Notes under the pieces: generated by a model
What the model saw: only the letters and a program-made list of their open reading frames with translations
What the model was told of the DNA's origin: nothing
Database searches by the model: none
Shown: piece after piece, positions 9,518 through 19,086 of the stretch
How positions within the stretch are numbered: the stretch's first letter is position 1
How the letters are laid out: each line of letters begins with the position of its first letter
Program-made: the position numbers and the translations under genes
IMG/VR virus record: IMGVR_UViG_3300035670_001003
Location: 1 to 28,942 of that record
DNA: 28,942 bases
Direction: 5' to 3' (one strand)
Origin: a virus
Taxonomy: Duplodnaviria; Caudoviricetes

Positions 9518-11493
9518 GCGTGGCTGCGGGTCGGATCGAACAGGTCATTTCCCTACGCGGGCAAGACAACGCATCCAAAGTCGTCGAGGACGTCAAGGGC
9601 TCGTTTCGCGGCCTCGCCGTGTCTGCCGAGAATGTGGCCGAGAAATCAGGCGACATCGAGCAGGGCTTGCGCGGCGTCAAAGACATTGCGGGCGATTTGC
9701 TCGGCGACCAGATGAAAGGCCTTTTGGACGTGGCAGGCGGTATCGAAGCCACGATCAAAGGGTTTGGTCCCGCGTTTGGTCCCATCGGTATCGCGCTCGC
9801 CGCTGCAGGCGCCGCGGCTGCGTACTTCTACAGCGAAGCGAAAAAGGCGCGCGAGGCGATTATCGACGCGCGCATCAAAGAACTCGAGAACGCCAAAGAA
9901 AGCCAAGAGGCAACGGCCAAAATCCTTGGCGTCAATGCGGACATTTTGGGTGTTGTCAGCAAGAAACTGACAGTCGACGAGCAAATCGCCGAGAACCAGA
10001 AGGCGGCGCAGAAGATCCTAGACAACCAAATCAAGCAACAAGAAGCAATCAAGGACGAGGAAGACGAACAGCTCGAAACGCTGAAGCGCGAAGAGACACA
10101 GTTGCGCCGCAATCTGGAAATCGGCGCGCAGCAGCTGGAGCAGGCAAAGCAACTCGCCGACCGACGGGCTGCCGCCGAAGCCGCCGCCGTGCGGTTCAGC
10201 ACCGAGCGTTTGGAGCGGGAAGCGCAGATCAATGCCATTCAAGACCAGCGCGAACGGCTCAATGCCAGGTCAAGATTGCGCGGCGAGGATTTGGCAAAGG
10301 TCGAAAGCCAACTTGCCGACCTTGCCACGGCGCGGGTCAACACAGGTCAACGCGAGCTCGACACCGAGAAACGCCGACAGGATTTGATCAAGCAGCGCAT
10401 CGCGTTGGAGTCCGAAGATCGGGCAGACGCTGCGGCAGGCCAAGCCCTGCGCGAAGCTCGCCTTGCAAAGCAACGGGCAGCCGCCGACAAGGCCGCGGCA
10501 GAGACCCGCAGGCGCCGCGACGAAGAGAAGAAGGCCGAAGAGGACCGCCGCAAAGAAACGCTCGAGACCGTCGAGAAGTTCCTAAAGGGCGAAGAACAAG
10601 CCGAGCAAGAGCTTGCGGCTGCAAAGATTGCAGCGGCTAAGGGTGTCGAGCGCGCCGAGCTGGCGATCGCAGAGATCCGCCGCAAGGCCGCAAACGAGCG
10701 CGAGGTATTGTCGCAGACGTCCGAGCTCACCGAGGTTGCGCGGGCCAAGAAGCTTGCGGCGCTGGAGCTCCAAACGGCTAACGAAGTCGCGACGGTGCAG
10801 AAGGCGCTTGCGGACGAAGAGTTGCGAGAGAAAGAAGCAATCGCGGCAGCAAAAGCCAAGATTGCTGCAAAGGAACGAGAGGACGCGGACAAAATCAAGC
10901 AGAAGAACAAAGAGATCGCCGACAGTCAACGCGCAACGTGGGAGTCGCTGAACGCGCTTGTCGGACCTGCAGTCGCTGCATTGTCGGGCGAGAACGGCAT
11001 CGGTCGGGCGATTGGCGAAGTATTGAGCCAAAGCCAAAAGCTTGCGGCACAGTGGAAAGGCGAAGGCGTCGGAGCCGAAGCGATTGTCGGATCTGTCGGC
11101 GCCGTTGCGTCTGCCGTGGTCGAAGGCGAGAAAGAGAAAGCGGCAATCCTTGCGTTGACATCCGCGGCACAAGCGGCGGTCTATTTTGCGACCGGTCAGA
11201 TCCCGCAAGGCATCGCGGCGACAAGTGCTGCGGCTCTTTATGCAGCGGCAGCTGGTGGTCTTGTCGGCGGCGGCTCGTCGGCACCGTCTGCAGGATCTGC
11301 CGGCGGCTTTGCTGCATCGCCGAGCATGGGCGGCGGCGGCGGTGGTGGCGGCGCTGCGATCGCGGGCGCCACTACCGTTATCAATTTCAACGCCCCGCTC
11401 GGAACCCCGTACGAAATCGGCAAGAGCGTTGCAAAAGCACAGAAGGCGGCAAGCGCGGGCGGGTGGTCGCCGCGCATGGCAATGGGGGTCTGA
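9514..11493 (+). CDS. Tape measure protein
   Basis: 659 aa; N-terminal 'ISLRGQDNASKVV', long Ala/Glu/Lys coiled coil, C-terminal 'TTVINFN'; follows the G/GT genes. Confidence 0.9.
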   Translation: MSVAAGRIEQVISLRGQDNASKVVEDVKGSFRGLAVSAENVAEKSGDIEQGLRGVKDIAGDLLGDQMKGLLDVAGGIEATIKGFGPAFGPIGIALAAAGAAAAYFYSEAKKAREAIIDARIKELENAKESQEATAKILGVNADILGVVSKKLTVDEQIAENQKAAQKILDNQIKQQEAIKDEEDEQLETLKREETQLRRNLEIGAQQLEQAKQLADRRAAAEAAAVRFSTERLEREAQINAIQDQRERLNARSRLRGEDLAKVESQLADLATARVNTGQRELDTEKRRQDLIKQRIALESEDRADAAAGQALREARLAKQRAAADKAAAETRRRRDEEKKAEEDRRKETLETVEKFLKGEEQAEQELAAAKIAAAKGVERAELAIAEIRRKAANEREVLSQTSELTEVARAKKLAALELQTANEVATVQKALADEELREKEAIAAAKAKIAAKEREDADKIKQKNKEIADSQRATWESLNALVGPAVAALSGENGIGRAIGEVLSQSQKLAAQWKGEGVGAEAIVGSVGAVASAVVEGEKEKAAILALTSAAQAAVYFATGQIPQGIAATSAAALYAAAAGGLVGGGSSAPSAGSAGGFAASPSMGGGGGGGGAAIAGATTVINFNAPLGTPYEIGKSVAKAQKAASAGGWSPRMAMGV

Positions 11494-12131
11494 TGCTGTC
11501 GCTGCGCACAGGCTCGGGGTGGTCGTGGTCGCTGACGGTCACAGTCGGCGCAGGCGTCGACACCTACACCAACACGGCCACATCGGCGTTTGAGTCTGTC
11601 GCGGCGCTTGTGCAGTGGCTGAACGATACGAGCTCGCGGCCGTGGGGGTCGGGCTGGTCGTGGACGTGGCAACGGCAAGACTCGACGGCGGGCGCTTTGC
11701 TCGTGCTGCGATACAACACGGGCTTTGTGCTGAACGGCGGCGCATCTGCGGCGCTTGGGTTTGTCGCGGGCGCATACGTCAACACGGCGACAGGCACGAC
11801 GGCGGCCTTGGGCACATGGGCACCTGAGCCGCCCTTGTCCGTCCGCTACGATCTCGGCAATCTCGCAGAGGGCGACGCATCGGGGAACGGCTCGGTGAGG
11901 CCTGGGTCGATCGGTCTCGCCAATCTTGGGTTTGAGATTGAAGGCATCGGCAAAGCAATCGACGCTGCGCGGTTGTCGTCGGTGCTTGCCGCTGCAACAT
12001 CGCCGCGCGTGGCGTGGGTGTATATCACGTGGTCGGGGTCGTGGGCCGACGTGTCGCTCGGTGAAGTGCGCAGGACGCGCGAGGACACGACATACCGGTT
12101 TAGCCTCGAGGCGAGCCGCAGGAGGCCGTAG
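11493..12131 (+). CDS. Tail tip protein (distal-tail-like) 1
   Basis: ATG overlaps the TMP stop (TGATG); 212 aa, Trp/Gly/Ser-rich; post-TMP position. Confidence 0.6.
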   Translation: MLSLRTGSGWSWSLTVTVGAGVDTYTNTATSAFESVAALVQWLNDTSSRPWGSGWSWTWQRQDSTAGALLVLRYNTGFVLNGGASAALGFVAGAYVNTATGTTAALGTWAPEPPLSVRYDLGNLAEGDASGNGSVRPGSIGLANLGFEIEGIGKAIDAARLSSVLAAATSPRVAWVYITWSGSWADVSLGEVRRTREDTTYRFSLEASRRRP

Positions 12132-12133
12132 GC

Positions 12134-12835
12134 ATGGCAGGCGCATACATCGAGGCCTACGCGTATTCCGAGGGCGGCAGCGGTGCTACGTGCCCGATCG
12201 ACACCGTGCAAACGTTTGCGACGCTGACGGGCACCTATGTCCGACCGTCGACGCCACAGCGGTTTACGGATTTGTTGGCGTCGTGGCAGTCGGCCATGAA
12301 CACGGCCGAACCTGCGGGGGCGCCGTGGAACTTCTACTACAACCCTTCGACACGGCGCGTAACGCTGGAAACGGCGCTCGGTCTGTATGCTTGGGATCCC
12401 GCGCTGTCCGCGCAAACCTCGCTGTTCGTCGGCTTCACGTCTTACGGTGGCACGGGCACGTCGTGGACTGGTGCAGAGCCGCCTACAGGACGTTGCGAGC
12501 TGATCGGTGCGACGGTGGAGCCCGCAGAGGATTGGGCGCAAATCGAGCTCGCGCGGTACCGTCACGGCAGGACCGCGGCCGTAGTGTGGGGCAATCACCA
12601 AATCCACAGGATCACGGTGCATTTGGATCAAATCAACTCGTTGATTTACGGCCAAGGGTGGGTGCAGTCAGGACGCATCCGCGTGTATCAAGCCAACAGC
12701 GGCGCGGCGCTCAACGCGTACAGCGCGACAAATCCCGCAGGCTACGTCGACGGCTTTGTCATCGGCTCAACACCGGTCGCCCAGCAGTCCGAGGGGTGGT
12801 ATAGTTCGGAGCTGTTGGTGGGGGTGCCGCGATGA
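12134..12835 (+). CDS. Tail tip protein (distal-tail-like) 2
   Basis: 233 aa, GGAGG RBS, beta-rich, in the tail-tip cluster. Confidence 0.6.
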   Translation: MAGAYIEAYAYSEGGSGATCPIDTVQTFATLTGTYVRPSTPQRFTDLLASWQSAMNTAEPAGAPWNFYYNPSTRRVTLETALGLYAWDPALSAQTSLFVGFTSYGGTGTSWTGAEPPTGRCELIGATVEPAEDWAQIELARYRHGRTAAVVWGNHQIHRITVHLDQINSLIYGQGWVQSGRIRVYQANSGAALNAYSATNPAGYVDGFVIGSTPVAQQSEGWYSSELLVGVPR

Positions 12836-15378
12836 GTGTGTGGGACGCAACGCGCTACGGCTTCTCGCCAGGCTACTTTCTGCTGGTCGAAGGCATCCCC
12901 GTAGTGTGGTCGGAGGTTGCGACGGGCAAGTCGTTGCCGACAGGGTACGCCGTCGAGGTTGCGGCTTTGTCGGTTGACCGTTCTGGGCCTGTCGGCATTG
13001 AGCAGATCGACAGGCTCACGGGCAAGCCTGCCACACCGCCGTTTGCGTTTGAGTTTCTCGACACCGCCACGACGCGGGATTGGCTGCGTAAGCCGTCGGC
13101 GCAAACGGTGCTGACGGCAAACGCATCGGCAACGGCGACAAGTCTGTCCGTTGACAGCTCGTCGGGGTTCACGTCGGACGCGTGGCTCGGGCTGGAGCAT
13201 GTGACAATCTCCAGCACAGGCGCAGGCGTCCTCAACTTGGCCGCAAGAGGCGTCAACGGCCAAGCGTATGCGCATGCCGTCGGCACGTCGGGGCAGATTG
13301 TCACCGACCGTCCGCGGTATTGGCGCGGCCGTGCTGTGACGCTGTACGCGGTACCCGTCTCCCCCAACGGTTACGTACCAGGCAACAACCTGTTGGACGA
13401 TGCGCGCGAGGTGTGGCGCGGCCGCATCACGGGCGGGCCTGCGCGCACGCAAAACGGCTTTGCGTTCGAGGCCGAGGCGTTTGATCGGGTGCTGGATCGG
13501 TCGTTGTCGGACAAGGTAACCGGCACCGTCGAGGCCCGCGGCGGGTTTGCGCTTGTCGACACGGGGCACAACTGCACGGTTTCGGGCAACGCATGGAACA
13601 CTAACGGCGTGTTGTTGTGGTCGATCGGGTTTACCTTCAACCTGTACGACGGGACATCCTACAACGACGGCGACCTGATCACATGTGTTGCCGCGCGCGA
13701 GTTGTTGGTGTCGAAGTTCAACGCTGCGCTGATTGCATCGGGTGCAAACACTCGGGTTTCTGAATGCAAGTTCCAGTCGTTGGGCATGTCTGGCCCTGAC
13801 GGTGGGTACACATTCCACTATTTCAGTCTGTTATTGCCCAAAGACAACAACGTCAACTACTACAGGATTTTGATCGATTTTGCCGGGCTCAAGTTCCGTT
13901 CGGAATCGGCCGGAGGGTTGCACCTTGATTCCAATTTTGGCGCTACCGATTGGATGGTGTACGACGCCCCGTGGCATCCTGTGCACAGCAAGCAGTTCGA
14001 CGGCGCGACTGCGATGTCCTTGACGATCCTTGTCGATGATCCGAAGTTGACGACTGTTCCGTCCGAGGGTGTGCTGACGATTGACGAAAAAGTCTACCCA
14101 TACACGGGAGCCCAGCTCGTCAACGGGCGGGTAAACCTTGTATTGCCGTCCAACCCGTACAACACAAAGAAGATGATTGGCGGCACCGCAGAGCTGTCGG
14201 TTGTGTCATCGAACACGTACGAGAAGTTGATGCTCGAGACGCTGGAAAGCTCAGGCACGACGCTGCGAGGTGCCGAGGACAATCTACCCCGCGGGTCTGG
14301 GTACGGCATAGACCAAGACTTGATCAAGTTGTCGTCCTTCGAGCACGCCGCGCTTGCAGACGCAAACGAAACGGGGCGGGCCGAGCCTTCGGGCAAGTCC
14401 TTTTTCGAGATTTACGGCGGGATCCTTGGCTTCAATCGCCTGGCGGTTGTGTCTCGGTTCGACCCAGACGAGCCGTTTGCAACAGATGAACAGATCAAGC
14501 TGACGGTGGTCTCGACCGACAGTCCGTCCGCATTGCAAAAGGTGACAATCACCGACGCGGATCTTCTCGCCCACGGCGGCGACCCGATCGAAGCAGTGCA
14601 GCGGTTGATGGCGCCTAACTCGATCGTTGTCCGTCTGCCGTACGGAAACGCCGACACCGAAGACCTTGTCATTGCCGCCGACCAAGCAAGCATCGAGGCC
14701 GAGGGATTGCGCGAAGCCGAGTTCGTCATCCAAACGACCGACCGCCAAAAGTACGTTTCGGCGGCAAAGTACGTTGCCGCAGGGTGGTTTGCATACGACC
14801 AAACCGCACAGGCGGCGATCCTTATCGTACCGCCGTGGATTGACGCTGAAGTCGGCGATGTGGTCAAGCTCAGCGGCCTGACGCATCCGTCGCTTTGGAC
14901 GTGGTCGAGCAACCCAGGCGCAGTCGGATACGACGGCCACGCGCGCGTCGTCGGTCGCACGTTGGATTTGGTCAATTTGCGGGTGCGGTTGGCTGTGATT
15001 TTCGACGGGCAGACGCAGTTTCGCGCGTTGTCGCCGTCGGCACAGGTCAAGGCGGTTACGACACCAGCGAACGCCACGTCGATTTCGGTACCGCCGCAAT
15101 ACTTTCCGCACTTTTCCGCATGCCGCAAAGCCACAGGCGGCAACTACTACATCCAGCACTACAAGCCTGGGCAGATCGAGTCCGTCAACCAGACCCACCG
15201 CGTAACCGCGGAGGCCTTGTCGGGCGGTCTGTGCGTGTTGACGGTCGACAATCACAGCGGCGGGCACGTCGTGCAGGTCGACTTGTCCTATCTTACGCTT
15301 CCATTGCTGGATGCGGGGTTGGTCGTGGACTTTCAAGAGTCGTTTGCGCACGTTTCGGACGGCGGGAATTGGGGGTGA
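12832..15378 (+). CDS. Large tail tip/baseplate hub (central fibre-like) protein
   Basis: 848 aa; 'EVWRGRI' and 'AEVGDVVKL' motifs typical of hub/central tail proteins; ATGA overlap. Confidence 0.7.
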   Translation: MSVWDATRYGFSPGYFLLVEGIPVVWSEVATGKSLPTGYAVEVAALSVDRSGPVGIEQIDRLTGKPATPPFAFEFLDTATTRDWLRKPSAQTVLTANASATATSLSVDSSSGFTSDAWLGLEHVTISSTGAGVLNLAARGVNGQAYAHAVGTSGQIVTDRPRYWRGRAVTLYAVPVSPNGYVPGNNLLDDAREVWRGRITGGPARTQNGFAFEAEAFDRVLDRSLSDKVTGTVEARGGFALVDTGHNCTVSGNAWNTNGVLLWSIGFTFNLYDGTSYNDGDLITCVAARELLVSKFNAALIASGANTRVSECKFQSLGMSGPDGGYTFHYFSLLLPKDNNVNYYRILIDFAGLKFRSESAGGLHLDSNFGATDWMVYDAPWHPVHSKQFDGATAMSLTILVDDPKLTTVPSEGVLTIDEKVYPYTGAQLVNGRVNLVLPSNPYNTKKMIGGTAELSVVSSNTYEKLMLETLESSGTTLRGAEDNLPRGSGYGIDQDLIKLSSFEHAALADANETGRAEPSGKSFFEIYGGILGFNRLAVVSRFDPDEPFATDEQIKLTVVSTDSPSALQKVTITDADLLAHGGDPIEAVQRLMAPNSIVVRLPYGNADTEDLVIAADQASIEAEGLREAEFVIQTTDRQKYVSAAKYVAAGWFAYDQTAQAAILIVPPWIDAEVGDVVKLSGLTHPSLWTWSSNPGAVGYDGHARVVGRTLDLVNLRVRLAVIFDGQTQFRALSPSAQVKAVTTPANATSISVPPQYFPHFSACRKATGGNYYIQHYKPGQIESVNQTHRVTAEALSGGLCVLTVDNHSGGHVVQVDLSYLTLPLLDAGLVVDFQESFAHVSDGGNWG

Positions 15379-15381
15379 GCC

Positions 15382-16935
15382 GTGGCATTTACGACACCGA
15401 CGGGCTTTGATGTCGTCAAGCAGTCGAAGCTTCTGCTCGCACCGATCGCCAAGCAGCCCGTGCAGCTCGCGTTGGAGAACACAAACTACCTCTATCGGTA
15501 CCACTCGCCGCCGCTGCTTTCCGTCTGCTATTGCAGCGCGGCACAAATCACGCGCAACTCGGTCTATCACATTCCGATTTTACCATCGCAGGACGGGCTT
15601 GACTACGTGTTCGAACATCGGTTTGTCTGCTCAGCAGCGGCACAGAACATAACCGTCTCGGTCGATACCGCGATTGCATATGCGGGCGGCGCGACGGTAT
15701 GGGTCAATGTCGCCGCTGCTGTTGTTGTGTCGGCGGGTGCAGGGGCTTTGACCACCTACATCGCGCCTGCAGTCAACATCGGTCGGACGGTCACGGCAAT
15801 CCGCGTCGGTTACACGGCGCCCGCCGTCGGCAACCGCACCGACCACCACCTCCTCATGTACCCAGCGCAAACGGCCGTGACGGCAGGCATCAAGCAATCG
15901 GGCTTTGTGCCGTTCGACGATACCCTGTTGCAATCTGCGAACAGGGCCGCGGTACATGAGGAATGGCTGAACCGTTGCGCGGTATCGGCCGCTGCTGTGT
16001 CCAACGACCGCAGGCAATGTGCCTTTGCGTTCGTCCAGGAATACACGGCCACGCCGCACTTTATCTGTTCTGACACCATCGGAGGCGCCAACGGCTACGT
16101 ATTGCCGCACTCTCGGAGCTGGCTCCCGAACGCAGCCGCAACAACCAATCTTGAAGTTCGCGCAATCGCTGCGGTGTCGGCTGGCGCAAACACAGGACGG
16201 CTCAAGATTACCAACATGAACGGCGCATCGCGGTCCCTTGTCGCGAATGGTCTGCTTGCAAGCGCGACGCTGCCCGCGAAGATTCACACACCTGGGGCCG
16301 CTGCGCATGCGGATCTGATGCTGTGGACTTCTAACACAACGGGCAACAGCACCTATATCTTTGCGGTCGTGGCGTGGTGGAGTCCGCCCGTCAACTCCAG
16401 CCCTGTCGTAGCATGGACGGACCCCGCACCTCTCGCGGCTTCTGCGCTGCTCGGCGCTGCCGCAAAACGAGTCGAGGACGTGGCGCTTGCCCCGTATGTC
16501 GGCACCGCGCACCTGTACGACGGCGCAACCGCAAATCTCACGACTCGGCATTGGGCGGCGCGCGTCAACGTCGGCGCCGAGGCCGCACACTTTGCGCTGA
16601 CGGAAACCGTCGACCAATCGACAAACGGCACCGCAACGCCGACACACACCATCACAGCCGCAAGTATGGTCGGGCAGACGTGCACACCGCCTTGGGAGTC
16701 GTTTCCCTCTGCGACGGCGTGGCCGCAGTCGTCGTTCAACGGGCCAGACCCCACCTCGGACATTTTCAACACAACCACCGAGGAACAGTTCGACATTGTC
16801 GGGTTCACCTCGGGCCACACCGCAATAGAGCTCACCACGCAGGACACGCCTTACACCGAGGCGTTGTCGGTTACAAACTCGACGGGCATCTCCATGCGCG
16901 TCTGCCGCACCATCACCGACCCTGAAACGCTCTAA
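15382..16935 (+). CDS. Putative tail adsorption/receptor-binding protein
   Basis: 517 aa, Ala/Thr/Val-rich beta protein after the hub gene. Confidence 0.6.
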   Translation: MAFTTPTGFDVVKQSKLLLAPIAKQPVQLALENTNYLYRYHSPPLLSVCYCSAAQITRNSVYHIPILPSQDGLDYVFEHRFVCSAAAQNITVSVDTAIAYAGGATVWVNVAAAVVVSAGAGALTTYIAPAVNIGRTVTAIRVGYTAPAVGNRTDHHLLMYPAQTAVTAGIKQSGFVPFDDTLLQSANRAAVHEEWLNRCAVSAAAVSNDRRQCAFAFVQEYTATPHFICSDTIGGANGYVLPHSRSWLPNAAATTNLEVRAIAAVSAGANTGRLKITNMNGASRSLVANGLLASATLPAKIHTPGAAAHADLMLWTSNTTGNSTYIFAVVAWWSPPVNSSPVVAWTDPAPLAASALLGAAAKRVEDVALAPYVGTAHLYDGATANLTTRHWAARVNVGAEAAHFALTETVDQSTNGTATPTHTITAASMVGQTCTPPWESFPSATAWPQSSFNGPDPTSDIFNTTTEEQFDIVGFTSGHTAIELTTQDTPYTEALSVTNSTGISMRVCRTITDPETL

Positions 16936-16939
16936 GGTA

Positions 16940-16968
16940 TAGACGGCAAGGGGCAGATCCGCTATCCT
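16940..16968 (+). promoter_or_regulatory. Possible sigma70-type promoter for accessory virion/lysis genes
   Basis: TAGACG-N17-TATCCT upstream of the AGGAGG RBS of the 16994 gene. Confidence 0.45.
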
Positions 16969-16993
16969 GCCCGAAGCACAGGAGGGTTCCGCT

Positions 16994-17341
16994 ATGTCGA
17001 TCGGCCGCGCACTAGACCAACTCGGGGCAACGCTCAACATCCAAGCGGCCCAGGCTGCACCCTCCACGGCAACGGACGGCTACTACACCAAGGGCCATCG
17101 CTTCGTCAACGTCAACGTCGCTGTCACGGTCGGCACCTCGGTGGATGTGCAAGTCTACCTGCACAACGGCCAAGGTTGGGTGCTTTACACGGACGTTCCG
17201 ACGACGACCGTCACGGCTGCGAACGGTGGCGGCCTGCTCCAGCTCGAGATCCGCGGCCAACCCCGCATTGCCGTCCGCGTGACAAACCTCGTCGGCGCCG
17301 GCGCAACTGCAAACGTCTTTGTGACGGGCGTCACCTACTAG
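16994..17341 (+). CDS. Small beta-sandwich virion protein (hypothetical)
   Basis: 115 aa, AGGAGG RBS, alternating beta-strand pattern. Confidence 0.65.
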   Translation: MSIGRALDQLGATLNIQAAQAAPSTATDGYYTKGHRFVNVNVAVTVGTSVDVQVYLHNGQGWVLYTDVPTTTVTAANGGGLLQLEIRGQPRIAVRVTNLVGAGATANVFVTGVTY

Positions 17342-17367
17342 GCCGCCGCCGCGCAGGAGGTGTCGCC

Positions 17368-18144
17368 GTGTTGATTTCCGCACGCACAGCACGCACGGCA
17401 AACCGCTTTGCCCCGCGGCAAGAGCGCGGTAGTGTTGCGGCCGCGGATTTGCGCGGTCGTTTCGGTCCCTTGCTGCTCGCGTGGTATGACGCTGCGACAT
17501 CGCCGGTTGCGTTCGGTTCGACGGCTGCCACGTGGTCCGACAGTGCGGGCATCGCGGACGCCACGCAGGCACTGGCCAGCAAGCAACCCGCAAGAGCCGT
17601 CAAAAACAACGTGGCGTCGATGCAGTTCGACGGCGTAAACGACGGCATGGTCACTGCTGCGACGTCGTGGCCCGTGCAAGCCGTCACCGTGTTTACCGTG
17701 CGGTGGCTGACAGACGCGACCAACAAAAACATCTTCGAGCGCACAGCGGATTTCAATGCATCTACCGAAGGCCTTGTGGTGTACGGGCGAGCCGCACAAG
17801 CAGGCGCTGCACTCAAAGGCAATGTCAATTTCTCCGGTGCAGACTACACGTCTGCACAAGATAAATGGACCTGCAACGCTGCGGTGTTCAACAAAGCGGC
17901 TTTGGCAGGTTCCGAAATCGCGATTGCGCAAGATGGCGCACTGCAAACCTTGACGGTTTGGGCGTCTGCCGATAACACCAACACGTTCGGTTCTCAACTT
18001 TTGTCTATCGGTGGCCGTAATGGCGGCGCCTCGTTTGGCATGACGGGTTGGCTGGCGTCGGTGGTCGTGCTTTCGGGCGCACGCACGGCAGCCGAGATTG
18101 CATCGATTTCGCAACTGCTGCTCCAACGCGCGGGTGTTGCATGA
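17368..18144 (+). CDS. LamG/concanavalin A-like jelly-roll protein (putative fibre/adhesin)
   Basis: AGGAGG then GTG at 17368; motifs LLAWYDA, TWSD, FDGVNDGM, LSIGGR and GWLASVVVLSGARTAAEI. Confidence 0.8.
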   Translation: MLISARTARTANRFAPRQERGSVAAADLRGRFGPLLLAWYDAATSPVAFGSTAATWSDSAGIADATQALASKQPARAVKNNVASMQFDGVNDGMVTAATSWPVQAVTVFTVRWLTDATNKNIFERTADFNASTEGLVVYGRAAQAGAALKGNVNFSGADYTSAQDKWTCNAAVFNKAALAGSEIAIAQDGALQTLTVWASADNTNTFGSQLLSIGGRNGGASFGMTGWLASVVVLSGARTAAEIASISQLLLQRAGVA

Positions 18145-18389
18145 AGTTAACCCTGTTTCACCGCCTGGAAAAGCGCACTTATGCGGCACCGTGCGACGTT
18201 GCCGACGTGCCCGTGTTCTTTGCCGACGGCATGGCCGCGGGATACATCGGCGCAGCGTGGGGCGCGCACAAGCCGGGCGCTTGCCTGCATTACACCGTAT
18301 GCGAGCCCGAAGAGGTCGAGGACAAGCTCGCCGCGTGGGGCCTGCATCGCGAAACCCAAACGGCGGTCAACGGGGGCGACGATGCTTGA
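18141..18389 (+). CDS. Hypothetical protein
   Basis: ATGA overlap with the LamG gene stop; 82 aa. Confidence 0.6.
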   Translation: MKLTLFHRLEKRTYAAPCDVADVPVFFADGMAAGYIGAAWGAHKPGACLHYTVCEPEEVEDKLAAWGLHRETQTAVNGGDDA

Positions 18390-18621
18390 GGCGGTGATCA
18401 AGCTGTGGCCGATCATCGCAAGCCTTGTCGCGTTTGTCGCGGGCTTTGCGGTGTGGATCGGGTCAAACCTCGTCAAGCTCACGCGGTGGACCGCCGAACA
18501 CGACAGCCGCGTTGCCGCGATGCGCGCCGACGTCGACAAGCTGGAGGGCCGCATCGGTACCGTCGAGCATGCCACGCAGGCGCACGCGGTTGCACTGGCC
18601 CGCATCGAGGCCAAGCTGTGA
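18382..18621 (+). CDS. Holin-like membrane protein (TM + coiled coil)
   Basis: MLEAVIKLWPIIASLVAFVAGFAVWIG TM helix followed by a coiled coil; directly upstream of the endolysin. Confidence 0.6.
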   Translation: MLEAVIKLWPIIASLVAFVAGFAVWIGSNLVKLTRWTAEHDSRVAAMRADVDKLEGRIGTVEHATQAHAVALARIEAKL

Positions 18622-19085
18622 AGTCGCTTTTGCCACGCGCGCTCGAGCTGCTCAAAGAGTGGGGGCCACAGACTCCCGACGCGGCGCCGCGGTGTGTGTA
18701 TCGCATGGGCGCGGACCTCGACGGCTTCCCTGTGGGCTGCGATTGCTCGGCGTTTGTCGCGCGCTGCCACGGCGGGCGCAAGTTTGACGGCGCCAGGTGG
18801 TACAACACCGACGCGATCTATACCGACGCCCAGACCGCAAACAAGCGATGGCGGCAAATCCCGGTACCTGTGCCTGGCTGCATCGGTGTCTACCCAGGAC
18901 GCACCCGCAACGGCAAGCGCACCGCGGGCCACGTGTGGGTGGTCGAGGACGTCGCCGCCTGCATGACGATCGAGTCCAGCAGCAGCGGCAAGGGTATCGC
19001 AAGACGCAAACGGCCCGCGTGGTTCGCTGTGGGCGCAGTCGGCAACGGCAAGCCGATCCTATTTGCCGAATACGTGGGGGGGTGA
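18618..19085 (+). CDS. Endolysin, NlpC/P60-CHAP-type cysteine peptidase
   Basis: GTGA overlap; catalytic DCSAFV and GHVWVV motifs, then TIES. Confidence 0.8.
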   Translation: MKSLLPRALELLKEWGPQTPDAAPRCVYRMGADLDGFPVGCDCSAFVARCHGGRKFDGARWYNTDAIYTDAQTANKRWRQIPVPVPGCIGVYPGRTRNGKRTAGHVWVVEDVAACMTIESSSSGKGIARRKRPAWFAVGAVGNGKPILFAEYVGG

Positions 19086-19086
19086 A

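Noticed and set aside
10938-11492. N-terminal extensions in the ORF track (10938, also 17176, 18405, 21072, 25579, 26802)
   Set aside because: They overlap upstream genes; internal starts with RBS or stop-start coupling are better supported.
1853-17067. Long antisense ORFs (e.g. 1853..3058, 5149..6276, 7362..8768, 14284..15570, 15631..17067)
   Set aside because: Shadow ORFs expected opposite real genes in GC-rich DNA; Arg-rich, with no motifs and no RBS support.
12832-18144. Diversity-generating retroelement or invertible tail-fibre cassette
   Set aside because: No reverse transcriptase or invertase, and no TR/VR-like duplicated segment seen by eye.
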